64,000 bases of DNA from Gammaproteobacteria bacterium (GTDB taxonomy: Bacteria > Pseudomonadota > Gammaproteobacteria > Steroidobacterales > XN24). Position 1 is the stretch's first letter. Each line of letters starts with the position of its first letter. Where the stretch lies: the NCBI GenBank assembly GCA_047921395.1, contig JBLRWH010000001.1, forward strand, positions 22,142 to 86,141, in the 5' to 3' direction. The translations under genes were made by a program, and so were the position numbers. Below the pieces are notes generated by a model. That model saw only the letters and a list, made by a program, of their open reading frames with translations. It did not search any database and was not told the DNA's origin. This document shows positions 21,284 through 30,340 of the stretch, piece after piece.

Positions 21284-21909
21284 GACGCGTTCGGGTTGAT
21301 TTTGAACTCGATGACCTGTTCCGCCTCGCGCGAGACGGCCTGGCCGTCCACGATCCGAGGGCGGAATTTCCAGCGCAGGATGGCCCGCACGGCCTCCCGG
21401 TTGAATATGCGCGGCGGCTCGGCGGCAATCACCACCGGGTCGGCGACCGTGCCGTCGGGATTGATGGTGAAGCGCAGCCGCACCCAGCCCTCGATGCTGC
21501 GCATCAGCGCCTCGCGCGGGAACTGCGGCTCGATGCGCACGATCGGGATCACGTCGGCGTCGCCGCCCACGTCGCCCGGCTGCCAGGAGGTTGCGACCGC
21601 CGGCCCGCCGGTGAGTCCGATCGCGATGTCCGGCGTCTCGATATCGAGCACCTGCCGGGCGACGGGCTGTTGCGTCGAGGTCTCCAGTTTCGGCGGCGGG
21701 GGCGGCTTGTCCGGCGGCGGCGGCTCGCGCGGCACCTGGCGCTCGCGCGTCCGCACCACCTCATCCGGCCGCACGCGCACGAAATCCACCATTCTCCCGC
21801 TGTCCGCGCTGCGCTGGAAGCCGTCGCGACCTCCCACCAGCGCGTGCATCAGCAGGAACAGCAGCAAGGCCACGCACACCCCACCGGCCATGGCGACGAG
21901 CAGGCGCAT
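21280..21909 (-). CDS. tonB: Energy transducer TonB
   Basis: N-terminal TM helix, Pro-rich linker, TonB C-terminus (PQFPREA...EGWVRLRFTI...WKFRP). Confidence 0.92.
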   Translation of the reverse strand: MRLLVAMAGGVCVALLLFLLMHALVGGRDGFQRSADSGRMVDFVRVRPDEVVRTRERQVPREPPPPDKPPPPPKLETSTQQPVARQVLDIETPDIAIGLTGGPAVATSWQPGDVGGDADVIPIVRIEPQFPREALMRSIEGWVRLRFTINPDGTVADPVVIAAEPPRIFNREAVRAILRWKFRPRIVDGQAVSREAEQVIEFKINPNAS

Positions 21910-22322
21910 CAGGTGGCGTCGCCCGCGGGCTGCGCCGCGACCGAGATATTGAGCACGCCGCCCAGCCTGACCTGGTCCATCAGGTCGATCACGATCCCGG
22001 TCGAGGCGCGCTCGTCCGCGATGATCACCACGGAGCTCTCGGGGCTCTCGTTGCGCGCCTGCTCGACCAGCTGCCGCACCGCGCTGAGCTCGACCGGCCG
22101 CTTGTCCATCCAGACCTGGCCGCTCGCCGAGACGCCGATGAGGATGTTGCCCCGCTCCTGCTTCGCCGCCGTGGCCGCCTCGGGACGCTGCGGATCGATG
22201 CCCGTCTCCCGGATGAAGGACGTCGTGACGATGAAGAAAATGAGCAGGATGAACACGATGTCCAGCATCGGCGTGATGTTGACCTCGGTCTCGTCCTGGG
22301 TGTCGGCATGCCGCTTGGCCAC
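21909..22322 (-). CDS. exbD: ExbD/TolR biopolymer transport protein
   Basis: VNITPMLDIVFILLIFFIVTTSF with the conserved TM Asp; GTG start. Confidence 0.93.
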   Translation of the reverse strand: MAKRHADTQDETEVNITPMLDIVFILLIFFIVTTSFIRETGIDPQRPEAATAAKQERGNILIGVSASGQVWMDKRPVELSAVRQLVEQARNESPESSVVIIADERASTGIVIDLMDQVRLGGVLNISVAAQPAGDAT

Positions 22323-22706
22323 GCTGCTCGCCTCCGCCCTAGCGCGCCATCGCCGCGAGCGAGACCTTGTCCGCGCCGGCCATGCGGGCCTGGTCGATGA
22401 CGCGCACCATCAGGCCGGAATCAGCCGCGCGATCGGCGATCACGACTACCGGCGTATCGAAGCCGCGGGTCGCCAGTTCGCCCTCTACGTTGGCGCGCAC
22501 GGCGCGGATGTCGACCGGCCGGTTGCCGACCTCGACCTGGCCGTTCGCCTGGATGCGAATGGTGATGACCTCGGAGATCCGCTTCTCCTCCTGCGGTTCG
22601 CTCGACGGCCGGTTGAGGTCCAGCGCGACCTCCTTCACGAACGAGGTCGTGACGATGAAGAAAATCAGCATGATGAACACGATGTCCAGCATCGGCGTGA
22701 TGTTGA
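22222..22706. repeat. 61-bp direct repeat between the two exbD paralogues (22222-22282 and 22646-22706)
   Basis: 59 of 61 nt identical by manual comparison; covers the TM-encoding segment. Confidence 0.85.
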
Positions 22707-22746
22707 TCTCCGCCTCCTCGCCGCCGTGCCTGCGCTTGCGCCTCAT
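22339..22746 (-). CDS. exbD: ExbD/TolR biopolymer transport protein (second copy)
   Basis: INITPMLDIVFIMLIFFIVTTSF. Confidence 0.93.
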   Translation of the reverse strand: MRRKRRHGGEEAEINITPMLDIVFIMLIFFIVTTSFVKEVALDLNRPSSEPQEEKRISEVITIRIQANGQVEVGNRPVDIRAVRANVEGELATRGFDTPVVVIADRAADSGLMVRVIDQARMAGADKVSLAAMAR

Positions 22747-22759
22747 GCGGTTGCGCCCC

Positions 22760-23284
22760 TCACCGGCAGACCAGCAGGTCCGCGACGCCCGCCGTCTCGC
22801 GCTCGGCCTTCTTCTGCAGCCAGGTCGCGAAATACAGCCCCGACAGCGCGGCGACCAGGCCTGCCATGGTCGGGATGGTCGCCCTGGACACGCCGGCCGC
22901 CATCAGGCGCGCGTTGCCGGTGCCGGACAGCGCCATGACCTCGAACACCGAGATCATCCCCGTCACGGTCCCGAGCAGGCCCAGCAACGGCAGCACCGCC
23001 ATCAGGGTCTTCACCAGCGGCAGGTAGCGCCGGCACTCCAGCCGGATCCTGGAGATCTCCTCCGCCCTGATCTGCCGCGCGTACCAGGAGGACGTATCGC
23101 CACGCCGCTCCCAGGCCTGCCTGACCTGCTCGATGCGTCGCGGCAGCTGGACGAAAAAGAACCCGATGCGCTCGAGGATGAACGTCCACATCAGCACCGT
23201 GACGAACAGGATGCCGTACAGCACGTTGCCGCCCGCCTCCATGAAGTCGCGGATGGCTGCGAAGGCTTCGGGCAGCAGGTTCAT
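22760..23284 (-). CDS. exbB: ExbB/TolQ/MotA proton channel (short)
   Basis: PLLGLLGTVTGMI and ATIPTMAGL motifs. Confidence 0.92.
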   Translation of the reverse strand: MNLLPEAFAAIRDFMEAGGNVLYGILFVTVLMWTFILERIGFFFVQLPRRIEQVRQAWERRGDTSSWYARQIRAEEISRIRLECRRYLPLVKTLMAVLPLLGLLGTVTGMISVFEVMALSGTGNARLMAAGVSRATIPTMAGLVAALSGLYFATWLQKKAERETAGVADLLVCR

Positions 23285-24624
23285 TCGGTACGTTCCGCCT
23301 GGCGGGCGATGATGCCCGCGCTCTGCTCTTCCAGCACCTCGATCAGCGCCTTGCTGCGGCTCGCGACGACGCTGTGCAGCAGCACCAGCGGGATCGCCAC
23401 CGCGAGCCCCAGCACGGTCGTCACCAGCGCCTGGGAAATGCCGCCGGCCATCAGCTTGGGATCGCCGGTGCCGAACAGCGTGATGGCCTGGAAGGTGGCG
23501 ATCATCCCGGTGACGGTGCCGAGCAGGCCCAGCAACGGCGCCACCGCGGCAATCACCTTGATCGCGCCCTGCCAGCCCTCGAGACGCGGCACTTCGCGCA
23601 GGATCGCCTCGTCCAGCTTGAGCTCCAGCGCCTCCGGCTCCGCGTCCCGGCTGTCCCGGTAGACCGCGAGGATGCGGCCCAGCGGATTGTCGTCGCTGGG
23701 ATCGCCGCCCTTGAGCTGCTGCCGGATCCTGGCGCCGACGGTCCCGAGGTAAAACCAGCGCGCTACGGCGATCGCGAGGCCGACGAGGCCCAGCAGGATG
23801 ATCACGGCCCCGACCAGGCCGCCCTGCGCGATGCGCTCGCCGATGTGCGGCTCCTGGATCAGCAGCGCGAGCAGCGAACCACGCGACGGGTCCACCACGG
23901 AGGCCACGGTGGCGCCGGGCGCGGCGTCGTAAAGCCTCGCCGCCATGTTCCGGAACCGCGCCTGCGGCTGGCGCGCGAGTTCCTGGAGAGTCTGCGTATC
24001 GGGCAGGTAGTGCAGGAAGCGATCGCCCGCGATCACGTTGAACACGCCGACACGCACCACGGTCTCCTGCGCGGCCGTGCCGTCGGGCCGGGTGATGGCG
24101 GCGTCGAAGCGGGCGACCTCGCCGCCGCGGACCATCTCCTCGGTCAGCAATGCGCGCAGCGCGTTCAACTCCTCGACCGAGGGTACGCCACGGACCTGCG
24201 CGAGCCGCTCGGCCTGCTGCTCGCGCTCCGGGTACTCGGCGGTGACGAGGGAAGTCCGGACCATGCCGACGGTATCGCCGGCCACCTGCCGCACGACCCC
24301 GAACAGCTCGCCGAAATTCCCGAGCTGCAGTTGCAGGGTCTCGTTCATCTCCGCGAGCCGGGCCTCGTTTGCATTGAAGCGCGCCCGCAGCTCGTCGCTG
24401 CGCCGTTCCTCGGCCGCCAGTTCCTCCCGGGCCTGTTGCAGCAGCGCCCGCTGCTCGTCGCGGTTCTCGACGAAGCGCTGCTCTCGCGCCTGGTCATCGG
24501 CGCGCAGCGCGCTGCGGGATTCACGCACCTGCTGCAGCAGGCGATCGAGCGGCTCGACTGCCCGGACGGAGGGCGCGGCCAGGAGCGCGGCCAGCGCGGC
24601 CGCGGCGAACACCACCGCCCTCAT
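23281..24624 (-). CDS. Long ExbB-like proton channel with a periplasmic coiled-coil N-terminus (TtpC-like)
   Basis: Signal peptide, coiled coil, VDPSRG, APLLGLLGTVTGMIATFQ and GGISQALVTT; ATG 24624 overlaps the upstream stop. Confidence 0.88.
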   Translation of the reverse strand: MRAVVFAAAALAALLAAPSVRAVEPLDRLLQQVRESRSALRADDQAREQRFVENRDEQRALLQQAREELAAEERRSDELRARFNANEARLAEMNETLQLQLGNFGELFGVVRQVAGDTVGMVRTSLVTAEYPEREQQAERLAQVRGVPSVEELNALRALLTEEMVRGGEVARFDAAITRPDGTAAQETVVRVGVFNVIAGDRFLHYLPDTQTLQELARQPQARFRNMAARLYDAAPGATVASVVDPSRGSLLALLIQEPHIGERIAQGGLVGAVIILLGLVGLAIAVARWFYLGTVGARIRQQLKGGDPSDDNPLGRILAVYRDSRDAEPEALELKLDEAILREVPRLEGWQGAIKVIAAVAPLLGLLGTVTGMIATFQAITLFGTGDPKLMAGGISQALVTTVLGLAVAIPLVLLHSVVASRSKALIEVLEEQSAGIIARQAERTE

Positions 24625-25397
24625 CGCGACGGCTCCGCGGGCGCCGGGAGCGGCAGGCGCAACAGGTCGGGGGCCGCCTGCTTGCGGGCGATCCGCAGTC
24701 CCTCGACGACGTCGTTGCGGTAGTCGTTGGCGACTTCCCACTCCCCCGTGTTGCGGTTCCAGAACCCGGTTTCCGCGCGGTCCGGCGTCTGGTACGCGAG
24801 CAGGACGCGCCCCACCCTGAGGAAATCCACGCGCCGGTCCCCGAGCCGCCCGTCATAGGCCTCGGTGCTGCGGCTGAAGTCGGCCTCGATCTGGTAGGCG
24901 CCCATGACCTGCCGGTATTTCTCGGAGACGGTGACGTCGGCGCGACCCATCAGGTCGCGCAGCAATTCCACGCGGTCACGCCGCTCCTGCAGCTGGAACG
25001 GCATGTCGAGCTCGATGAAGCGCGCCAGGTCGTCGATCATCTCGAGCATCAGCGGGACGATCTCCTGCTGCACGTCCTGGAAGCTGACGAGCTGCCGCTC
25101 GATGTCCTGCTGCTCCCGCTCCTGGTCCAGCACCAGCGCGTCGAGGTTGTCGTTGTAGACCCGGACGCGGTCGAGACGCTGGACGGTGACGCGATACTCG
25201 CCGAGCAGTTCGCTGGTCTCGTCGGCCAGCTGGACCACCCGGGCCTGGGTGCGGGTCGCTTCCTGCACCGCCGCCTTCTGCTCGGCGAGGGCGGTCTCCA
25301 GCACGCGCTCCTGCGCCCCAACCTGCGGCAACGCCATGAGCGCCAGCGACGCAAGCGTGGCCAGCGCCACATGGTGCCGTGTTCGACTGTGTTGCAT
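24621..25397 (-). CDS. DUF3450-like periplasmic coiled-coil protein
   Basis: Signal peptide, IVPLM...DMPFQLQERRDRV, EKYRQV and VDFLRVGRV motifs; first gene of the TonB2-type cluster. Confidence 0.82.
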   Translation of the reverse strand: MQHSRTRHHVALATLASLALMALPQVGAQERVLETALAEQKAAVQEATRTQARVVQLADETSELLGEYRVTVQRLDRVRVYNDNLDALVLDQEREQQDIERQLVSFQDVQQEIVPLMLEMIDDLARFIELDMPFQLQERRDRVELLRDLMGRADVTVSEKYRQVMGAYQIEADFSRSTEAYDGRLGDRRVDFLRVGRVLLAYQTPDRAETGFWNRNTGEWEVANDYRNDVVEGLRIARKQAAPDLLRLPLPAPAEPSR

Positions 25398-25461
25398 GTG
25401 GTCCCCGTTCATTTGAAATTGCATCAGCCCAGGCCGCGGGCGCCGCCGCGCGCCCGGACCG

Positions 25462-28400
25462 CTACATGTTGCGACGATACTGGCCGCCGACTTCGTACAG
25501 GGCATGGCTGATGCGACCCAGCGAACACCACTTCACGGTGTCCATCAGCGCTGCAAAGACATTGCCGCCGCTGGCCGCCGCGTCCGCCAGCGCGGCCAGC
25601 GCCTGCGCCCCCGCCTCGCTGCCCGCCGCGTTGAACGCGCGCGTCGACGCCACCTGCGCCTGCTTTTCCTCTTCGCTGGAACGGATCAGCTGGCCCTCGT
25701 CTACCGAAGCCTCGCCGGCGCCGTCCGGCCCGAGGAAGGTGTTGACGCCGATCAGCGGCAGGCTGCCGTCGTGCTTCTTGTGCTCGTAGTAGAGGCTCTC
25801 CTCCTGGATCCGGCCGCGCTGGTACATGGACTCCATCGCGCCCAGCACGCCGCCGCGTTCCGCGAGGCGCTCGAATTCCCGGTACACCGCTTCCTCGACC
25901 TGGTCGGTGAGGTAATCGATTGCGAACGAGCCCTGCCAGGGGTTCTGGTTGCGGTTCAGGCCCAGCTCGCGGTTGATGATCAGCTGGATCGCGACCGCGC
26001 GGCGCACCGAGGCCTCCGTGGGGGTGGTCAGCGCCTCGTCGAAGGCGTTGGTGTGCAGGCTGTTGCAATTGTCGAACAGCGCGTAGAGCGCCTGCAGCGT
26101 GGTGCGGATGTCGTTGAACTGCATCTCCTGGGCATGCAGGCTTCGGCCGGAGGTCTGGATGTGATACTTCAGCATCTGGCTGCGCGGCGAGGCGCCGTAC
26201 AGGCGCTTCATCGCGCGCGCCCAGATGCGGCGCGCCACGCGGCCGATAACCGCGTACTCTGGATCCATGCCGTTCGAGAAGAAGAACGACAGGTTCGGTG
26301 CGAAGTCGTCGATCTTCATGCCGCGCGCCAGGTAGTACTCGACGATCGTGAAGCCGTTCGCGAGCGTGAACGCGAGCTGGCTGATCGGGTTCGCCCCAGC
26401 CTCGGCGATGTGATACCCGCTGATCGACACCGAGTAGAAGTTCCGGACGCGCTGGTCGACGAAGTACTGCTGCACGTCGCCCATCATGCGCAGCGCGAAC
26501 TCCGTCGAGAAAATGCAGGTGTTCTGCGCCTGGTCCTCCTTGAGGATGTCCGCCTGCACCGTGCCGCGCACCGTCGCGAGCGTCTCGGCGCGGATCCGCG
26601 CGTAGGTCTCGGCGTCCACCAGCTGCTCGCCGGAGACGCCGAGCAGGCCCAGGCCCGAGCCGTCGTGCCCTTCGGGCAGCTCGCCCCGGTACACGGGGCG
26701 CTCGCGACCCGCGAGCAGCTCGCCGATGCGGCGCTCGGCCGCGTCCCAGCCACCGGTTGCGCGCAGGTGGCGCTCGACCTGCTGGTCGATGGCGGTCGTC
26801 ATGAACATCGCCAGGATCATCGGCGCCGGGCCGTTGATGGTCATCGACACCGAGGTCGCGGGGTCGCACAGGTCGAAGCCGGAATACAGCCGCTTCATGT
26901 CGTCGAGCGTGGCGATCGAGACGCCCGAGTTGCCGATCCGGCCGTAGACATCGGGCCGCTCGTCCGGGTCCTCGCCGTACAGCGTCACCGAATCGAAGGC
27001 CGTCGAGAGGCGCGTCGCCGTGTGCCCGCTCGCGAGGAGGTGGAAGCGGCGGTTGGTGCGTTCGGGCATGCCCTCGCCGGCGAACATCCGGATCGGGTCC
27101 TCCGCCTCGCGCCGGTAGGGATAGACGCCGCCGGTGTAGGGATACTCGCCGGGCAGGTTCTCCCGCAGCAGGAACCGGAGCAGCTGGCCCCAGTCATCAT
27201 AGGTCGGCGGCGACAGCTTCGGCAGGCTCAGGCGGCTCAGCGACTCGGTGTAGTTCTCGCCGGTGACCTCGCGCCCCCGGACCTTGTAGGTGTAGCGCTC
27301 CGCCTCGACGCCCGCGCGTCGCGCCGGCCACGCCCTGAGCAGGCCGAGCCCGGCCGCGCCGACCGCGTCGAGCGACTCGTTGTAGCGGCGCCGCAGCGCG
27401 GCGAGCGCGTCGTCGCCGGCGACCGCCTCGGCGGGATAGTGCTCGAGCGCCGCGGGGCGCTCCGGGTCCAGGCCCTCGAGGGCGCGCCAGCAGGCGTACG
27501 CAAGGCCGGCCGCCGCGGCCCCGGCCGCCGCCTCGTCGTTGGCCCGGCGTCCGTTTTCGGCGATCTCGGCGAGATAGCGGACGCGGCGCGGCGGGAGCAG
27601 CGCGCCGTGATCGGTCGAGGCCGGCATGGCGGGCGGCGTCCAGTCCTCCGCGTCGAGACCGCAGCGCGCGACGATCTTCTCGCACAGCGCCGTGAACAGC
27701 CGGTTGACGCCGGGATCGTTGAACTGGCTCGCGATGGTCGGGTAGACGGGCACGTCCTCGTCGGCGAGCTGGAAGGCCTTGCGGTTGCGCTTCCATTGCT
27801 TGCGGACGTCACGCAGGGCGTCCTCCGCGCCGCGCTTCTCGAACTTGTTCAGCACCACGAGCTCGGCGAAATCGAGCATGTCGATCTTCTCGAGCTGGCT
27901 TGCCGCCCCGTATTCGCTGGTCATGATGTAGACCGGCACGTCCACCAGGTCGACGATCTCGGTATCACTCTGGCCGATCCCGGCCGTCTCGACGATCACC
28001 AGGCCGAAGCCGGTCGACTTCAGGAAGCGGATCGCGTCCGCCAGCGCCGCGCTCGTGGCGAGGTGCTGGCGCCGGGTCGCCACCGAGCGCATGTAGATGC
28101 GCTCGTCCGCCAGCGAGTTCATGCGGATGCGGTCGCCCAGCAACGCCCCGCCGGTGCGGCGCCGGGTCGGATCGACGGCGAGCACCGCGATCGGCAGCGC
28201 CGGGAAGGCCCTGAGGAAACGGTTCAGCAGCTCGTCGGTCAGGCTCGACTTGCCGGCGCCGCCGGTCCCCGTGATCCCGATGACGGGCACCGCGTGCCCG
28301 GCCCGGTCCGCGTGCAGGGTGTCCACGACCTCGGCGGCATCCGCCGCCTGCTCGATGAGGCTGAGCGTCCGGCCGATGCGCAGGTGGTCCCGCGGGCCTT

Positions 28401-28884
28401 CGGCGCCCGGCGGCAGCTCCGGGCGGCGCGCGGCCCGGACGCGCTTGAACACGTCCTCGATCATGCCCTCGAGCCCGAGCCTGAGCCCTTCCTCCGGGCC
28501 GTAGACACGCTCCACGCCGTACTCTTCCAGCGCGCGGCGCTCCGCAGGCGAGATCGTCCCGCCGCCGCCCACGACCACGCGGATGTGTTCGGCGCCGTGC
28601 TCGCGCAGCATGTCCACCATGTAGCGGAAATACTCGTTGTGCCCGCCCTGGTAAGAGGACACGGCGATGCCGTCGGCGTCTTCCTGCAGCGCGGCGCGCA
28701 CGATGTCGGCGACGCTGCGGTTGTGGCCGAGGTGGACCACCTCGGCGCCGTGCGACTGCAGGATCCTGCGGATGATGTTGATCGCCGCGTCGTGGCCGTC
28801 GAACAGGGACGCGGCCGTCACGAAGCGCAACGGCCGATCCTCGTCACCCGGCAGGGTCTCCAGGTTCCTCGCGGCAGTGCTCAT
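25462..28884 (-). CDS. icmF: Fused isobutyryl-CoA mutase/MeaB-type GTPase IcmF (adenosylcobalamin-dependent)
   Basis: N-terminal B12-binding FDGHDAAIN (DxH), GTPase GTGGAGKS and ETAGIGQ, mutase domain EDPIRMFAGEG, RLSTAFD, QADILKE. Confidence 0.95.
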   Translation of the reverse strand: MSTAARNLETLPGDEDRPLRFVTAASLFDGHDAAINIIRRILQSHGAEVVHLGHNRSVADIVRAALQEDADGIAVSSYQGGHNEYFRYMVDMLREHGAEHIRVVVGGGGTISPAERRALEEYGVERVYGPEEGLRLGLEGMIEDVFKRVRAARRPELPPGAEGPRDHLRIGRTLSLIEQAADAAEVVDTLHADRAGHAVPVIGITGTGGAGKSSLTDELLNRFLRAFPALPIAVLAVDPTRRRTGGALLGDRIRMNSLADERIYMRSVATRRQHLATSAALADAIRFLKSTGFGLVIVETAGIGQSDTEIVDLVDVPVYIMTSEYGAASQLEKIDMLDFAELVVLNKFEKRGAEDALRDVRKQWKRNRKAFQLADEDVPVYPTIASQFNDPGVNRLFTALCEKIVARCGLDAEDWTPPAMPASTDHGALLPPRRVRYLAEIAENGRRANDEAAAGAAAAGLAYACWRALEGLDPERPAALEHYPAEAVAGDDALAALRRRYNESLDAVGAAGLGLLRAWPARRAGVEAERYTYKVRGREVTGENYTESLSRLSLPKLSPPTYDDWGQLLRFLLRENLPGEYPYTGGVYPYRREAEDPIRMFAGEGMPERTNRRFHLLASGHTATRLSTAFDSVTLYGEDPDERPDVYGRIGNSGVSIATLDDMKRLYSGFDLCDPATSVSMTINGPAPMILAMFMTTAIDQQVERHLRATGGWDAAERRIGELLAGRERPVYRGELPEGHDGSGLGLLGVSGEQLVDAETYARIRAETLATVRGTVQADILKEDQAQNTCIFSTEFALRMMGDVQQYFVDQRVRNFYSVSISGYHIAEAGANPISQLAFTLANGFTIVEYYLARGMKIDDFAPNLSFFFSNGMDPEYAVIGRVARRIWARAMKRLYGASPRSQMLKYHIQTSGRSLHAQEMQFNDIRTTLQALYALFDNCNSLHTNAFDEALTTPTEASVRRAVAIQLIINRELGLNRNQNPWQGSFAIDYLTDQVEEAVYREFERLAERGGVLGAMESMYQRGRIQEESLYYEHKKHDGSLPLIGVNTFLGPDGAGEASVDEGQLIRSSEEEKQAQVASTRAFNAAGSEAGAQALAALADAAASGGNVFAALMDTVKWCSLGRISHALYEVGGQYRRNM

Positions 28885-28918
28885 GGCTACGCTCCCGTCC
28901 CGATCGACGCGCCTAACG

Positions 28919-28937
28919 GCGAATGATTCTCATTGTA
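28919..28937. promoter_or_regulatory. Fur-box-like site upstream of icmF
   Basis: Minus strand TACAATGAGAATCATTCGC matches GATAATGATAATCATTATC at 14 of 19 positions and overlaps a TACAAT -10-like hexamer. Confidence 0.5.
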
Positions 28938-29016
28938 AACTCAAACCCGCGCCGGGCCGAGCGGATGTTGCGATGCCGCATAAGCGTCCGGGAATGCACG
29001 GGTTTTGCCCGCCCGC

Positions 29017-29022
29017 TATAAT
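29017..29022 (+). promoter_or_regulatory. Possible -10 element (TATAAT) for the leucine catabolic operon
   Basis: Perfect TATAAT in GC-rich DNA about 190 bp upstream of LeuDH; the -35 is weak. Confidence 0.35.
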
Positions 29023-29212
29023 CACCCGGCCCGATTCGGCCACCCGGCGTGACCCGGAGCGCAAAGCCCTCCGGCCACCCCCGCGGCATGATCAGCGACA
29101 CCGCAAATTTCCGCGCAGGGCGTTCTCACGGTCTCGCGCGGCGCCGCGTACCAGAATAACGATCACACCGGCGGACGCAATGACCCCGACCCGAACCCAG
29201 GAGTCAGAATAA

Positions 29213-30334
29213 ATGAACCTCTTCCAGCAGCTCGAAGGCATGGGCCACGAGCAGGTCGTGTTTTTTCAGCACAAGGAAAGCGGCCTCAAGGCCATCGTCG
29301 CCATCCACAACACTGCGCTCGGCCCGGCCCTGGGCGGACTGCGGATGTGGCCCTATGCCAGCGATGAGGAGGCGGTGAAGGACGTATTGCGGCTGTCCCG
29401 CGGCATGACCTACAAGGCCGCGGTCTCGGGACTCAATCTCGGCGGCGGCAAGGCCGTGCTGATCGGCAACCCGGAAACCGACAAGAGCGAGGGCCTGTTC
29501 CGCGCCTTCGGGCGGTTCATCGGCTCGCTCGGCGGGCGCTACATCACGGCCGAGGACGTCGGCACCACCGTCGACGACATGGACCACATCTTCCAGGAGA
29601 CCGACCGCGTGGTGGGCGTCCACCGGGTGCACGGGGGCAGCGGGGATCCCTCGCCCTTCACCGCCTTCGGGACCCTGCAGGGCATCAAGGCCTGCCTGCT
29701 GAAGAAATACGGCCACGACGACCCGGGCCGGGCCAGCTTCGCGGTCCAGGGCGCCGGGAGCGTCGGCTACTACCTGAGCAAGTTCCTGTCCGAGGCCGGC
29801 GCGAAAGTCTTCATCTGCGACATCAACGCCGGCCGGGTGCAGCACATCGTCGACGAGTTCGGCGCCGAGGCGGTCGCCGTGGACCAGATCTACGACGTGG
29901 ATGCGAACGTGTTCGCGCCCTGCGCGCTCGGCGGCGTGATCAACGAGCAGACCCTGCCGCGACTGAAGTTCGACATCGTCGCGGGCAGCGCCAACAACCA
30001 GCTCGAGACCAGCGATTTCGGCACGGCGCTGGAGGAGCGCGGCATCCTCTATGCGCCGGATTACGCCATCAATGCCGGCGGCCTCATGAACGTGGCGATC
30101 GAGCTGCAGGGCTACGACCGCGATCGTGCCTACCGGACCGTCTCCAGCATCCGCGACATCATCGGGCGCATCTTCCAGCTCGCCGAGCGCGACGGCATCC
30201 CGACCTGGAAGGCCGCGGATCGCCTCGCCGAGGAGCGCATCGCCATGATCACGAAGGTCAAGGTGCCCTACTCCAAGCGATTCAAGGACCGCCTGTCCGG
30301 CCGGCGCACCCATACCACCGCCGCCGAAGAATAA
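29213..30334 (+). CDS. Leucine dehydrogenase (Glu/Leu/Phe/Val dehydrogenase family)
   Basis: GPALGGLR, LSRGMTYK, GGGKAV, ITAEDVG, GSGDPS and AGSANNQL. Confidence 0.93.
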   Translation: MNLFQQLEGMGHEQVVFFQHKESGLKAIVAIHNTALGPALGGLRMWPYASDEEAVKDVLRLSRGMTYKAAVSGLNLGGGKAVLIGNPETDKSEGLFRAFGRFIGSLGGRYITAEDVGTTVDDMDHIFQETDRVVGVHRVHGGSGDPSPFTAFGTLQGIKACLLKKYGHDDPGRASFAVQGAGSVGYYLSKFLSEAGAKVFICDINAGRVQHIVDEFGAEAVAVDQIYDVDANVFAPCALGGVINEQTLPRLKFDIVAGSANNQLETSDFGTALEERGILYAPDYAINAGGLMNVAIELQGYDRDRAYRTVSSIRDIIGRIFQLAERDGIPTWKAADRLAEERIAMITKVKVPYSKRFKDRLSGRRTHTTAAEE

Positions 30335-30340
30335 GCCGCC

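Noticed and set aside
27070-27110. IcmF as a dedicated pivalyl-CoA mutase
   Set aside because: The specificity residue is Phe (RMFAG), the isobutyryl-CoA mutase type.
25504-28926. 1140-aa plus-strand ORF mirroring icmF
   Set aside because: Antisense shadow ORF typical of GC-biased codon usage; no motifs or RBS.
28930-28946. LiuR operator in the icmF-LeuDH intergenic region
   Set aside because: GTAAACTCAAAC is only a partial, non-palindromic resemblance.
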